Under the pieces are notes generated by a model. It made no database searches. It was not told the DNA's origin and saw only the letters and a program-made list of their open reading frames with translations. Source: Eledone cirrhosa (lineage: Eukaryota). Taken from it: a DNA stretch of 64,000 nt. Where the stretch lies: NCBI GenBank assembly GCA_964016885.1, contig OZ024740.1, forward strand, positions 63,798,001 through 63,862,000, read 5' to 3'. How positions within the stretch are numbered: the first letter of the stretch is position 1; each line of letters starts with the position of its first letter. The position numbers and the translations under genes are program-made. This document shows, piece by piece, positions 11,886 to 24,659 of this stretch.

Positions 11886-14800
11886 GTATCATTTATAATC
11901 TGGGATCAAATCTTGCCTGGACCAACATTGCCATTCATCCATTTGGGGTCAACAAAAGAAAGTACCAGTGAAGTACTGGGATTGATTTAATTAATTGTTC
12001 TTTCCCCCAAAAGGTGTGGCTTTGTGCCAATGTTATAAATCATTATTAGACTGTCACATCATAAAAAATTGAATATTTAAATTGACTTGTGCCACAAAGA
12101 GCATATATAACCATGACATCTCTTTCTATATCAGGGGTTATTGCAACGTCCAATGTATTCTTTTTTATTTACAACAATAGGATATAATTTGAAAGAGATT
12201 TGATAGTTATTGCTCGTAGGTTGATCAACCATGTGGAATTTCTTTCATGGTCTCAATGGCTTGAGATAGATGAGACAAAAACCACCTTGGTGAGGATAGT
12301 GGTCTATAGTAGATAGTGTTTCTGTGTCTGGTGTCTAATTTCTCATTATTGGTAGTGTTCAGAGAGACAGGAAAATATGTGTAGTGAGATGTGAACTTAC
12401 AACCCACCAGTGAGTAATCTAAGACTGTATCATCATGTTACTGTAACAGTGAGAGAGTCTGCTGATTAAAGAGATAAATAGATGAATGAATATATGGATA
12501 CAGGCATAGCTACATTGTTAAAACCCGTTTCATAAACACATAAACACAAGGTTGTGGGTTTGTTCCTACTATGTACAGCACTTTGGGCTAGTGTCTTCTA
12601 TCATAGCTTCACATCATTGCGAGTTAAATTTGGAAGACAGAAATTGTGTAGAAGCCCATCAGATATATGTTTATATATGATTGGTTATAGGGAGGACATC
12701 AAAAACCCCACCAAAACATGACAGTGAAATCAATAAAAATTCCTAACTATATATACAGAACTAACACCATGTTAGTGCTGCACACTGTAGTGGTATGGCC
12801 AGGTGGGAACATCCCTCGACTGTCATCAAACAAACCTCCCACCACCACCACAATTGGAAACTCTTCTTCCTGCCCAGAAAAAACTTTAGGGCGTCTACAA
12901 GCAACATTGGCACAATAAGTAGGTCTGGAGAGATTGGTAGAGCCGAGACAAATAGAGGTGTGTTGTATACAAGAGGTAAGATGGTGGGGAACCTCAACCA
13001 GATCCCTCATAGGCAAAAAACACAGGTATAAATGCTTCTGGAGTAGGAGAAGCAAGCATATTATTGACAGAGATATGGATAGATAAATAAATTGAAGTAG
13101 TCAGAGTATGACAGAATAATTAAGTTTACACTCATCATAGGCAACATGACAGTGATCCCTGCATATGTACCATAATCAGGACTGACAGATTAACAAAAGG
13201 ACTGTTTCTATGAAATCCTCTTGCAGACAACCTTGATAATGAAAGACAGCAACCTCATTATCATGGTTTCTGATTTTAATGAACAAGCAAGCTAGACAGA
13301 CTTCATACTCACTAACAAATGGAATAAATAGATGATTGTAAATACTAAGTATTTCCTTAGTGAAAAATGTACCATTCAGCATACATTAGTGGTGAGTGGC
13401 ACAGGTTAAGAAACAGGAAGGTATGAAGCTGAAAGAACTCTTGGCCAGACATAGCTTCCAATAAACACATATTGGCAAGAAGGAAACAGAAGCCTATAAT
13501 AGAAGGCAAGTGAGAGTACAAGACAACCAGCAATACAGAAAGTCAAAGAAATGCTAGATAATGCCTGTGGTGACAAGGAGGAGGAGATGATGACTTATAA
13601 CATAGAAGACAACTGGTAGTTTCTATGAGACAATCTGTTGCAAATGAAAGATGATATGGTGGTGGAATCATACAATAGATAGAGTCATAAAGAGACAGGT
13701 CTGGAAAGAATCAAAGAAATAAGGTAGAGGGTATCAAAGAACAATATCAAATAGCTAGAAGAGAAAATAGATGTCAGCTATACAGAGCAAGGAGATTAGC
13801 AGAAAGTAAGATGTTAGCACAAGTTCTGTGCATTGTAAGAGTCAAAGTGTCCTGGATTGAAAAGTAGCATGTCATCGTGAATTAGGGCTTGACTGATGGA
13901 AAATGTGAATAGAATGCAAGTAGCACATTTCCCTCACTGATGTTGAGAAGAAGCATGTAAATGATACATCTAGAGTCTACTGAACGAGGAAAATGTATAC
14001 AAGAGTTAGGGACTAAACCAGTAGACCCAATACAGAGATCAATTATTGAAATCAACAGCTACACTGTCAAACAGGTCTTTAAGGATATGAAGGCAGTTGG
14101 ACCACTGAAAACATTCAGTGAATTAGATATACATTAGATACTCATAGTCAATCAGATAGTTCCAAGAAAGAGGTGTCATCCTTATTGATTGGTGTAGTAG
14201 TATTCTAACCAACTACCACAAGGGAAAATGAGATGTTATAGAGTCATCAAACTGATGGACCAGCTTATGAAAGTAACAGAAAGAGTTATAGTGTAGAAGT
14301 AGTTAGCTGAAAGAGCACCTATGAAATTCATTCTTTCAAAGGCTTGGGTGGCTCTTTAGAAGTAACTGATAGCTACTGTTACCTAAGTGACAAAGACCTA
14401 GTCAGCAATGGAGGTGGATGTTCTGCAACCACAATAGCCAGAAAATGATTCTATCTTTCAGTGAAAGACAGCAACAGATTATGTGGCAGATGCGTGAAGG
14501 CTCAAAAAAATGAAACTTGCATGCTCTGCTCGATGTGTAATGTTAGTGTAAATCAGTAATTCTCAACCAGGGTCCATTTGAACCCCAGGGAACCATATAA
14601 GAATTTTTTGAGTTCACAAGAATAAAAATAGCAAATTGGGGATCTGCAGTTGTATTTTAGGGATCCACAAAAAAACTGCTTTCAAAGAAAATTTCTTAAG
14701 CTTTAGAGAAAGAAGACAAATAAAACAATTAAAACAATTAATCTAACCAGTTACCAAAAGATTCCCTAGAGAATTAGAAATCAAAAGAAGAAATGATAGA

Positions 14801-14907
14801 AGCAATAACCACAACCAGAATAAGTGGTGGTGAGTTGTAAATTGATTTATGTACATGTACATACATACATACATACCTATATATACATATATGTATGTGT
14901 GTGTGTG

Positions 14908-14953
<46 letters not shown>

Positions 14954-14980
14954 ACTAACACACATATATGATATATATAC

Positions 14981-15362
14981 ACATGGCTTAGTGGTTAGAG
15001 CATTGGCCTTGCAATCGAAAGGTTGTGAGTTCAATTCTCAGACCAGGTGATGTGTTGTTTCCTTGAGCAAGACATTTTATTTCACATTGCTCCAGTTTAC
15101 TCAGCTGTAGAAATGAGATGATAGGAATTGGGGTCCCTATCATTCCACTGCAAAGTGGTCATGGAGGTGCCACGGCAAAAAAGGACCCAGCCCACACTGT
15201 AAAGTGGACGTGTGGGTGCCACGGAAAAAAAGCACCCAGCACTCACTGTAAATGAGGTTGGTGTTAGGAAGGGCATCCAGCTGTAGAAATCAAGCCAGAA
15301 TCAGTTCCCGTCCCACCCCTGCAAGCAGGGAAAAGCGGACGTAAAATGATGATGATGATGAT
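14981..15362 (+). mobile_element. Composite SINE: tRNA head, CORE-like domain, pseudoknot/hairpin units, RTE-type tail
   Basis: A-box TGGCTTAGTGG, B-box GAGTTCAATTCT, CORE-like segment, (TGA)n tail; copies at 19171-19520 and 49161-49401. Confidence 0.8.
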
Positions 15363-15395
<33 letters not shown>

Positions 15396-15433
15396 AGTAC
15401 ATATATAAACATACACATAAATACATACATATA

Positions 15434-17030
15434 TCATCATCACCGTTTTACGTCCGTTCTTCCACGCTAGCATGGGTTAGACGGGTTGTCCTGTTGTGGG
15501 CAGTGTCTGGTCGGCTGACCATGCCTTGCTCATACAGGAACTGATCTGGCTTGATTTCTACAGCTGGATGCCCTTCCTAACACCAACCTCATTTACAGTG
15601 AGTGCTGGGTGCTTTTTCGTGGCGCCTACACGTCCACTTTACAGTGTGGGCTGGGTGCTTTTTTGCCCTGGCACCTCCACGACCACCTTGCAGTGGGGGG
15701 GGGGGCATATCGTTTATATGCTTCAGCATGTACCCATGGGAGGTCGGGTACCCTGTATTACTGCGTGACGCCAGAAGTCACGGTCGTGTGTCATTGACTT
15801 TGAGAGGTGTAGTTGGGTAAGGTCGGCTTTTATCACCTCATCCCAAGTCATCTTGGGCCTCCCCACTCCGCGGTTTCCATCAACTTCTAGTGCTCTGCAC
15901 CTTTTTATGCAGCTGTCATCCTTCATACGCATCACATGTCCATACCAGCGTAACCGCCTCTCCTGCACGCAGCATTTGATTCCTCTTATGCTCAGTCTCT
16001 CTCTCAATTCATTTATGCTTTGTCGTTCACGTATATTACTGTTACACATCCATCGGAGCATGCAGGCTTCGTTTCTCTCTAATCTACGTAAGTCTTCCAC
16101 CTTCAGCGCCCAGGTCTCACTACCATGCAACATCGCTGTTCGGATACACGCATCATACAGTCTGCCTTTCATTCTGAGGGAGAAGCCTTTTGCAGCTAGC
16201 AGTGGTAGTAGTTCCCTAAACTTCTTCCATCCCGTTCTTACCCTAGTTATTGTACTTTCTGAGCACCCACCTCCGTTGCTAATTCGGTCACCTAGGTAGC
16301 AGAAGCTGTCTACTGTTTCTACAGGGCCCTCCCAGAGATTGGTGGTACTTGTTTCCTGTGGCTGTTTGCTTGCTGTTTCAGCACAGCTGCTGCATGTGAA
16401 TCCTACATTCTTAATTAAGCTTCCTGAGATCCCGCTACATCTCTTGTGTACCCATTGTTTGCATTTGGGGCAAAGAATGGAGTTCCTACCTACACCTTTC
16501 CTACATACTGAGCAAGGCCATTTCCCTGAGGGGATCTGGGTTCTGTTTTCTCGTCTACTTATAAGGACCTTAGTCTTTGTCATGTTGACTTTGAGGCCCT
16601 TTCTCTCTAGTCCCTGCTTCCAGGTTTGGAATTTATTCTCTAGTTCTACCATAGATTCAGCTATGAGTGCGAGGTCATCAGCATACAGGAGTTCCCATGG
16701 GCATCCGGTCTTAAACTCCTCCGTTATTGCCTGCAGGACTATGATGAACAGGAGAGGGCTAAGAACAGAGCCCTGGTGGACCCCAACCTGTACGCTAAAT
16801 TCCTCGCTATACTCATTGCCAATCCTAACTTTGCTGACTGCTCCCCTATACATGGCTTGTACCGCTTTCACAAGCCATTCATCTACTCCTAGTTTTCTAA
16901 GAGCCCACCAGATTACTGCACGTGGAACTCTGTCAAAGGCTTTCTCAAGGTCGACAAATGCCAAGTAGAGTGGCTTACTTTTAGCTAGGTACTTTTCCTG
17001 TAATTGCCTCACAAGGAAGAGCGCATCAGT
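15434..17030 (-). mobile_element. RTE LINE family 2, 5'-truncated, open 438-aa RT/PHD/C-terminal frame
   Basis: ORF 15723-17039 with HQGS, YADD, PHD finger and RLRWYGH; own 3' UTR and (TGA)n tail. Confidence 0.92.
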
Positions 17031-17144
17031 GATATACACATAGACACATCAGTGATATACACATAGACACATACATATATACTCAAACACACATACATAC
17101 ATATACACACACACGCATATCTATATATATATATACATACTCAA

Positions 17145-18555
17145 GAAAGGAGCAACTACAGAGGAATAAAACTAATGGATCAAGTTATGAAAGCAACGGA
17201 AAGAGCTATAGCACAACTAATTAGGGAAACTCAAGTTAGACAAGATGCAGTTTGGTTCCATACCTTGGACAAATAATACAAATACCTTTTTCTTCATGAG
17301 GCAACTATAAGAGAAGTTCCTAGCCAATAATAAGCCACTATATTTAGCTTTTGTTGATCTAGAAAAGGCCTTTGACAGGTGGTCTTTAAGGAAATTAGGT
17401 GTAATTTGGCTTGTGAGAGCAGTGCAAGCCATGTACAGAGGAGCTATCAGTAAAGTGAGAGTAGGAATTGAGTTTAGTGAGGAATTAAAAGTACAGGTAG
17501 GAATTGATTAAGGTTCGGTTCTTAGCCCACTGCTGTTCATCATAGTTCTCCAGGCCATAAGAGAGGAGTTTAAAACTATCTGTTAATGGGAACTTCTCTA
17601 TGCAAATGAGTTGGTCCTAATAGCTGAATCCATAAAAACCAGTTCCGAAACGAAATTTGGAATCAAAAGGTCTAAGAGTAAACTTAGCCAAAACTAAAGT
17701 GTTAATCAGTAGGAAAGAAGATAAGTCACTGATCCCTTAAGGGAAGTGGCCCTGCTCCATATGTAGAAAAGGAGTAGGCATAAACTCCATACAGTGTACA
17801 CAATGTAAATCTTTGGTACACAAGAGATGTAATGGGATAACTGGTAGACTAACAGGAAAAAAGACTTTGTTATAGAAGATGCACAGGTGTAATCAAAGGG
17901 GAGAGCGGCAGTGATATAAACCTCTTCAAGTCACAGGAAGGGTCCATAGAAGTGGTTGACAGTTTCTGCTATCTAGGTGACTTAATCATCAGTGGAGGAG
18001 GGTGGTCTGAGAGCATAATAGCTAGAATAAGGATAGGATTGAAGAAGTTTAGAGATTTACTCCTACTGTTGGCAACAAAAGGTTTCTCCCTATGTACAAA
18101 AGGACAACTGTAAGATGGTTGTGTGCGAAGTACGATGCTGCATGGAAGTGAAACATGGGCAGTGACTGCAGAAGACATGCATGTACTGGAGAGAAATGAA
18201 GCAGCCATGCTTCGTTGGATGTGCAACACAAATGTGAGAGAAACACAGAGCTTGGATGAATTGAGGGAGAAGCTGGGTTTAAGAGGAATCCAAGGCAGTG
18301 TGCAGGAGAGAAGACTGCATTGTTACGGACATGAATGATGATCAATGGGTGAAGAGGTGCTAGTGGATGGATGCTGCTGTAGAGGTAGACCGAGAAAGAC
18401 CTGAGCAGAGGTGGTGAGAGCTGACCTCATTTTGCTGAAACTCACAGAGGAGATGATGAAGAAACGTGGCAAGTGGAGAGATGCTGTGCTGAAAAGGACT
18501 CATGCAACCCATGCAAGCATGGAAAAACGGACATAAAAACGATGATGATGATGAT
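17145..18555 (+). mobile_element. Older RTE 3' half with short 3' end
   Basis: Stop-ridden RT/PHD; the ORF end is followed directly by cccatgcaagcatggaaaaacggac(tga)n. Confidence 0.85.
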
Positions 18556-18582
18556 GATATATATATATATATATATACATGG

Positions 18583-19168
18583 GTATGGACACGTGATGCG
18601 CATGAAAGTCGATAGCTGTATAACAAAGTGCAGGGCAATAAAGATAGACGGTAGCCACGGAATAGGCAGACCTAGAAAAACCTGGGACGAGCTGATAAAC
18701 TCCGACCTCACACACTTACACCTCTCCAAGACAATGTCACTGGACCGAGACCTTTGGCGGTACTCAGTAACAGAGAAGACCCGCCTTGCCAGTAGGCATC
18801 TCTAACAAAATACACCCCGTCCCACCACCACCACCCCCACCCCCACCCCATCCACACCACCCCGTCCTATGTAAAGTTATGTTGGTGCCGCGCCATCCGG
18901 GCCGAAACAAATGAGATCGTGTAGGTGTCACGACAAAAAAACACACAGTCCACGCTGTAATGTGGCCGTGTAGGCAACACGGTAAAAACCTCCCAGACCC
19001 ACACTGTAAATGTGGTTGGTGTTAGGAAGGGCATCCAACTGTAGAAAACCTGCCAGACAGTCCTATGCGAGCAAGACAATCACTCTTGCCTCAAGTGGGA
19101 CTACCCCCGTCCAAACCCATGCAAGCGTGGAACACGGACGTTAAACGTTGATGATGATGATGATGATG
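18583..19168 (+). mobile_element. RTE family 1, 3'-terminal ~590 bp
   Basis: Close to 10770-11373; 5' end abuts (TA)n. Confidence 0.92.
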
Positions 19169-19170
19169 AC

Positions 19171-19520
19171 ATGGAGGCATATGGCTTAGTGGTTAGAGCA
19201 TTGGCCTTGCAATCGAAAGGTTGTGAGTTCAATTCTCAGACTGGGTGATGTGTTGTTTCCTTGAGCAAGAGACTTTATTTCACCTTGCTCCAGTTTATTC
19301 AGCTGTAGAAATGAGATGATAGGGACTGGGGTCTCTATCATACCACTGCAAAGTGGTCATGAGGTGCCACGGCAAAAAAGCACCCAGCATTCACTGTAAA
19401 TGAAGTTGGTGTTAGGAAGGGCATCCAGCTGTAGAAATCATGCCAGAATCAGTTCCCGTCCCACCCTTGCAAGCAGGGAAAAGCGGACGTAAAATGAAAT
19501 GATGAATGATGATGAATGAT
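19171..19520 (+). mobile_element. Composite SINE, second copy with one repeat unit fewer
   Basis: Highly similar to 14981-15362. Confidence 0.8.
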
Positions 19521-19554
19521 ACATATATACATATACAGAAGAATATTGGCAATT

Positions 19555-19865
19555 GTGAAGGTGCATGGCTTAGTTGTTAGAGCATTGGTTTACAATCATG
19601 AAGTTGTGACTTTGATTCCCGGACTGGTGTGACTCTTTATTTCACGTTGTTCCAGTTCACTCAGCTATATGGTTGCGATGTCACTGGTGCCAAGCTGTAT
19701 CGACCATTGCTTTTCCCTTGGACAACATTGGTGATGTGGAGAGGGGAGACTGGTATGTATGGATGACAGCTGGTCTTCTACAAACAAAATTGCCTGGACC
19801 TGTGCAACTTTCTAGGTGCAAATTCCATGGTCACTCGCAACCGAAGATGGTCTTTACCCTTTACT
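19555..19865 (+). mobile_element. tRNA-derived CORE-like SINE with a different tail ending ttaccctttac
   Basis: A/B-box remnants; homologous to the split copy at 7769/11374. Confidence 0.7.
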
Positions 19866-20998
19866 TGATATTGGCATTGGTGTTAGTGATTGCAAAACAG
19901 TGGTTAGTTCTACAACCAAAGTCCCTAGGGAAAATAAGCTGGAGACAGAATTCTAGTACAGGCCAAAAATAACGTGTCTTGTATGGGTGGGTGTGTATAC
20001 ATATATACACATATATAGAGATTGAGTAAGAGTGATAGAAATGGATTACTGTCATTGTTGGAGTGTTTTATTTCACAAGGCACTTTTCTTTTTCTGATTT
20101 TTTATTGGAAAAAGCAAGAAATTCTTTAAATTTTTCATAGAATTTTCATTAGTTGTTAAAGTTTATGTGCAATAAATTGGTTATACTCTACAATACACAA
20201 GATATTTTAACAATTTTTTAGACAATTCCTAATATTTACAATAGGATGTTTTAAACACTGAATGGCTATGGTGTCCACCAGAGTAAAATAGGAATCAAAA
20301 GAGTCCAAAGGTGAGAACCACTGGTGTAAATTAATAATGGATCACAAATGAGCAAAACTTGGTATAAATAGAATCAGATGTAGTGTGCAAGAGAGAAGAG
20401 TATACTGCTTTGGATATGTAATGTATATGAAGGATGACAGTTTAGTAAGGAAGCTACAAATGATCCAAGCGAAAGGAACTTGTGGAAAAAAGGAAGGTTG
20501 ACAAAGACACAGGAAGAAGTGGTAAAGAATGATCTAATGAGGCTGAATCTAGCCAAGATGACAAAGAATCATGAAAATGGTGTGTGTGACACTGCTGAGG
20601 AAGACCCATTGTCATGGAAAAACAGATATGATAATAGTTTCTGATTTAGGCACAAGGACAACAATTTTTGGGGAAGGGGAAGTCAACTATATCAACGCCA
20701 GTGCGTTAATTGTACTGTATTTTATTGACCCCATAAGGATGAAAGCAAAGCTAACCATGGTGGAATTTGAAATCAGAACGTAAAGGGGCATATCTCTATG
20801 CCACAAAGCATGGTGTCCAATGCTTTACAGATACTGCCAATATAATAATGATAAGTATTACTATAAAAGAGCCCTGGTCCATATTAATTTAATAACATTT
20901 TTTTAAAAATGCAACACAACAAAGAAATACTAGCAAAAATTAAAAACAGCAGAACTACAAGAATTATTCAGAGGTGATGTATTGAATAATATACATAC

Positions 20999-21188
20999 CT
21001 TCTTGATCTCCGTTTCCTCCGTTCTTGAGATCGAGACTTGGACCTTCGTCTGTCTTTGCCTCGGGCTCTGTTATGTGGAGACTTTGATCTTGATCGTCGA
21101 CTCCTCCTATTACTACTAGCGGTAGTAGTAGCACTAGGCTGCCCTGTCGGAACAGGAACACCTGGAGATCTGGTACGTCTTCTTTCAT
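20999..21188 (-). CDS. U2AF2: U2AF65 coding exon 2, RS domain
   Basis: ttttatttAG acceptor; DERRRTRSP...RRSRRSRSKSP...RRKRRSR; AG|GTATGT donor; 190 nt keeps frame with the neighbouring exons. Confidence 0.88.
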
Positions 21189-21960
21189 CTAAATAAAACA
21201 ATGGGACAATTAAAATCAGAAGTCACACATGAGCAGGAAACAATGCAATGTTCAATTCTATAATAGGGAAGAATCAGTAGCGTTATACAAAATAGCTAGT
21301 AGTATTTATTTACACTCCTTTATGTTGAGTTTAAATCATGCCAAATTTAACTTTTTAATTTTCATCCTTCATGGAATCTACAAAATAAGTACCAGTCATG
21401 TATTGAGGTTCATTTACCACATGTTTCCATGTATTGCATGCATTTATGTATAACATACACCCCCTTTTTACCAGAAAAATGTCTGGAAAAGTCTGGTTTT
21501 GATGTATATCATTTAGTTATGGTGTATAGCATGCACCCCCAAAACAAACAAGAAAAAAGTGAAAAAAACTGCATGGTATACACAGAATATGATAATCAAC
21601 TGCACATCTCCCCTAAAATGTGTGACCTTGGATTTAAGTTAGAAATTATTATTTGGCAGTAAAAATACCTTATGTTATTTCTTTACACCTTAAACATTCA
21701 AGTTAGAAATAATAAAAACTTTTATTAACCTAACTATAGAGGTACAGAAACAAAATATAAGTGGTACATAATTTTGTTCATTAATTTTCTGATTCAACAA
21801 GGACCAACCATCAAAGTTGTTAGTTATAAAGTCTTAAAGAAATAATTTAAAAAAAAAAAGGAAAAGCTACTGGACCATCAAAGATAGTTGCTGAGATGCT
21901 TAAAACATCCAGTGAAGTAGGACTTGACATAATCATTCACATCGTGAACCAGGTAATACA

Positions 21961-22056
21961 TAATTGTTTCTACTTTTGGCACAAGGCCAGGAATTAACCC
22001 AGTACATTACTGGTACTTTATTTTATCGACCCCGTAAGGATGAAAGGCAAAGTTAA
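21961..22056 (-). mobile_element. 5'-truncated Deu/Nin-like SINE
   Basis: 18-bp TSD aaccaggtaatacataat; similar truncated copies at 23111-23203 and 54886-54974. Confidence 0.8.
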
Positions 22057-23689
22057 CCAGGTAATACATAATGGCGTCAATATAAAGGCTCTGTCGACCC
22101 ACTTCAGTTTGTTATAGCGCTTCAGGCAGTAACAGAGCAATTTAAAACTGGCTATCTGCTGTAATTAATGGGAACAGCACCATTAAAATAATCTTTTTCC
22201 AATCCAAGAAAGGTTTCATACAGATAGTTGATAGCTTGTGTTACCAAGGTGACAAAATTAGCAGTGGCAGAGGGTGTTCTGAAAGCATAGTAGCCAGAGT
22301 AAGAACAGGGTGGAAAAAGTTTGGGCAGCTACTACCTTTGCTGCCAACAAAGAGATTCTCTGTCAGAGAGAAGGATAGATTATACGATGCCTACATATGA
22401 AATGCAACATTGCATGGTAGTGAGACATGAGTTTAAATGTAGAGGATTTACCACTAAATATCGAAGAGCTGGAAGCTGCCATCTATGAGACAAAACCAGA
22501 GAAAGCTCCTAGTATTAGCAGTTTTCCTATGGAAGTGTTTAAGTATGGTGGACGGCGACCTCTATGCTTAATGGCAGCTTACCGCGCGGATTGCAACTAT
22601 GCTGAGGACAACTAACGAGAGTTCTATATGATACATGGGTGGTAGTCTCAATGGAGTGTGGTCACTCAGAATAAATAAATAAAATATGACTGTTTGGTGG
22701 AGACGAGTGTTCTGTAAGGCACGGAGATCAGAGTCCATGTGGGAGAGCAGTTAAACGAAACTGCATGGGACAGACATGAGTTCTAGGAGCCATATTGAAG
22801 GTAGTCAGGCTAGGAGGGCAGTAACTCCAAATAAAATAAAACAGTACAGGCAGATGTGGGCTCCATAAACCATGCATAAGTCAGCCCATCTGCACTGGGC
22901 AGCTGTGGGCTATGTAAGCCATGGACAAGGCAGTGTTTTTATGAGGGCCGTGACTCCAAATAAAATATAACTGCACAGGGTAGACACAACCTCTGTAAGC
23001 TGTTGTGAAAGCATGCTGTCTAGAGGAGCAGTCACCGAATAAAAACTGATACAATGTAGAGAAGACTCTTCTGTCTGGTCAGACAACCTCTCTAGTGCTG
23101 GTGGAACAAATAATTGTTTCTACTTTAGGCACAAGGCCAGCAATTATCCCAGTGCATTACTGGTACTTTATTTTATCGACCCCGTAAGGATGAAAGGCAA
23201 AGTGGAACAAATAATGCATCCAGTCTACACTGTAAAGTGGATGGTGATAGAAAGAGTATCCAGCCAGTAAAACCATGTCAAAATTTGAAAAGTTCAACAC
23301 ATAAATCTCTAACTAATTGTGTATACAGTACATACACTAATTATGTTAGTGCTGCACACAGTAGTGAGGTGATTAATATAGCCATGTGTGAGAAATCTTC
23401 AACTGATGGTTGAAGATTTCTCACACATGGCTATATTAATCACCTCACTACTGTGCAATTACACACACTTTTTTCCCTTCCAAGTACAAAAGACTAGTAA
23501 AGGACCAAATCACCATTGGCAGGTAACACATCTCAGGGTTGCCACTCTCAATGTAGGCACACTGAAAAGTAGATTAGGAAAAAATGGTGGAGTTGCTTGG
23601 GAAGTGACGAGTGGATACTGAAAACCGCAGAACTGTAACACCGATTTCCAGCCGGTAGAAACAATAGTTTATAACTTTGCCTATTAATC

Positions 23690-23840
23690 CGTATGGTAAG
23701 CAAATAGGGTCCCACGTGCTGGCCTCCCCACATCCCCGATGGACAGGATGGAGAAGGCGTTTCCCCGAGGATGGTAAGGGAGATGCGCTGGAAGAGCCAT
23801 TCCAACTTGTGAGGCTCACACCAGTGGCTGGCAACAGTTC
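23690..23840. repeat. Unclassified GC-rich dispersed repeat (second copy 57960-58110)
   Basis: About 150 nt shared, from ccgtatggt through gccattccaact..gaggctcacacc. Confidence 0.7.
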
Positions 23841-24659
23841 ATAACTTCAAAGCTAGATGGGGTTTCTAGTTTATTGATGTAACATTTGTAAATCATTAGA
23901 TAAGTGTTGTTAATAAATGTTTGTTTAAAAAAGTAGTCATTTTATTGAGAAAAAAAACTGGCACCGCAACTGCAGCCGTGTAAAATATAGCAAAGCACCA
24001 GCCAGAGGGTGACCTGGTGAGGGAACAGCACAGTAGATAGATCCTTTAAAACCAAGAGACAGGTGCAGAAAGACTAGATGCTGACAGCATCTGGGGAAGT
24101 AAGAGTTGAACTAGTTACCTGCATAGTCAGTCAGATAATACAGGATAGATGATTAGTGCAGCAGCATAATCATTAACTGCTACAATGGAAAAGGTGATGC
24201 TCTAGATAGGAGCAACTATAGGGAATAAAACTGATGGACCATGTTAAGAAAGTAACAGAAATAGCTCTAGAACAACTAACTAAGGCAAAAGTAACATGAA
24301 ATGCAGTTTGGTTTTATGCTAGGGAGATGCACCACAGATGCCTTTGATTTTAGTAAGACATCTACAAGAGGTGTTCTTAGCTAAGAGTAAACCTTTGACA
24401 AAACACCTTGATCTGCCATCTGTTGGTCCTTAAGGAAACTAAGTATAGAAGAATGGCTTGTGAGAGCAGTGCAAGCTATGTACAAGAGAGCTGTCAATAA
24501 AGTGAGAGTAGGAGGTGAGTTTAGTGAGGAATTTAAGGTACAGGTAGGAGTGCAGCAGGGTTTAGTTCTTAGCCCACTTCTCTTTATTAGAGTCCTCCAG
24601 GCTACACCAGAGTTTAAGATTAGTTGTCCATGGGAACTTGTGTATGCCGATTATTTGGT

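Larger units (their letters stand above)
14554..20323. mobile_element. hAT (Charlie-like) non-autonomous element carrying ~5 kb of nested insertions
   Basis: Termini CAGTAATTCTCAACC and GGTGAGAACCACTG; perfect 8-bp TSD GTGTAAAT at 14546-14553 and 20324-20331. Confidence 0.8.
13060..20625 (+). mobile_element. Ancient RTE split by a hAT MITE (13060-14553 and 20324-20625)
   Basis: Degenerate APE/RT remnants. The reading ETCML..MCNVSVN resumes after the MITE with IRCSVQERR. Confidence 0.7.

Noticed and set aside
14981-15045. Possible tRNA genes at SINE heads
   Set aside because: A/B boxes are present, but there is no complete cloverleaf and each runs into a SINE body.
15615-15660. Hammerhead-like CUGUAAA-GUGG..CCAC-GAAA in the repeat unit (minus strand)
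   Set aside because: A6 and the C3-G8 pair are missing, there are no stems I or III, and GAAA is not kept in other units.
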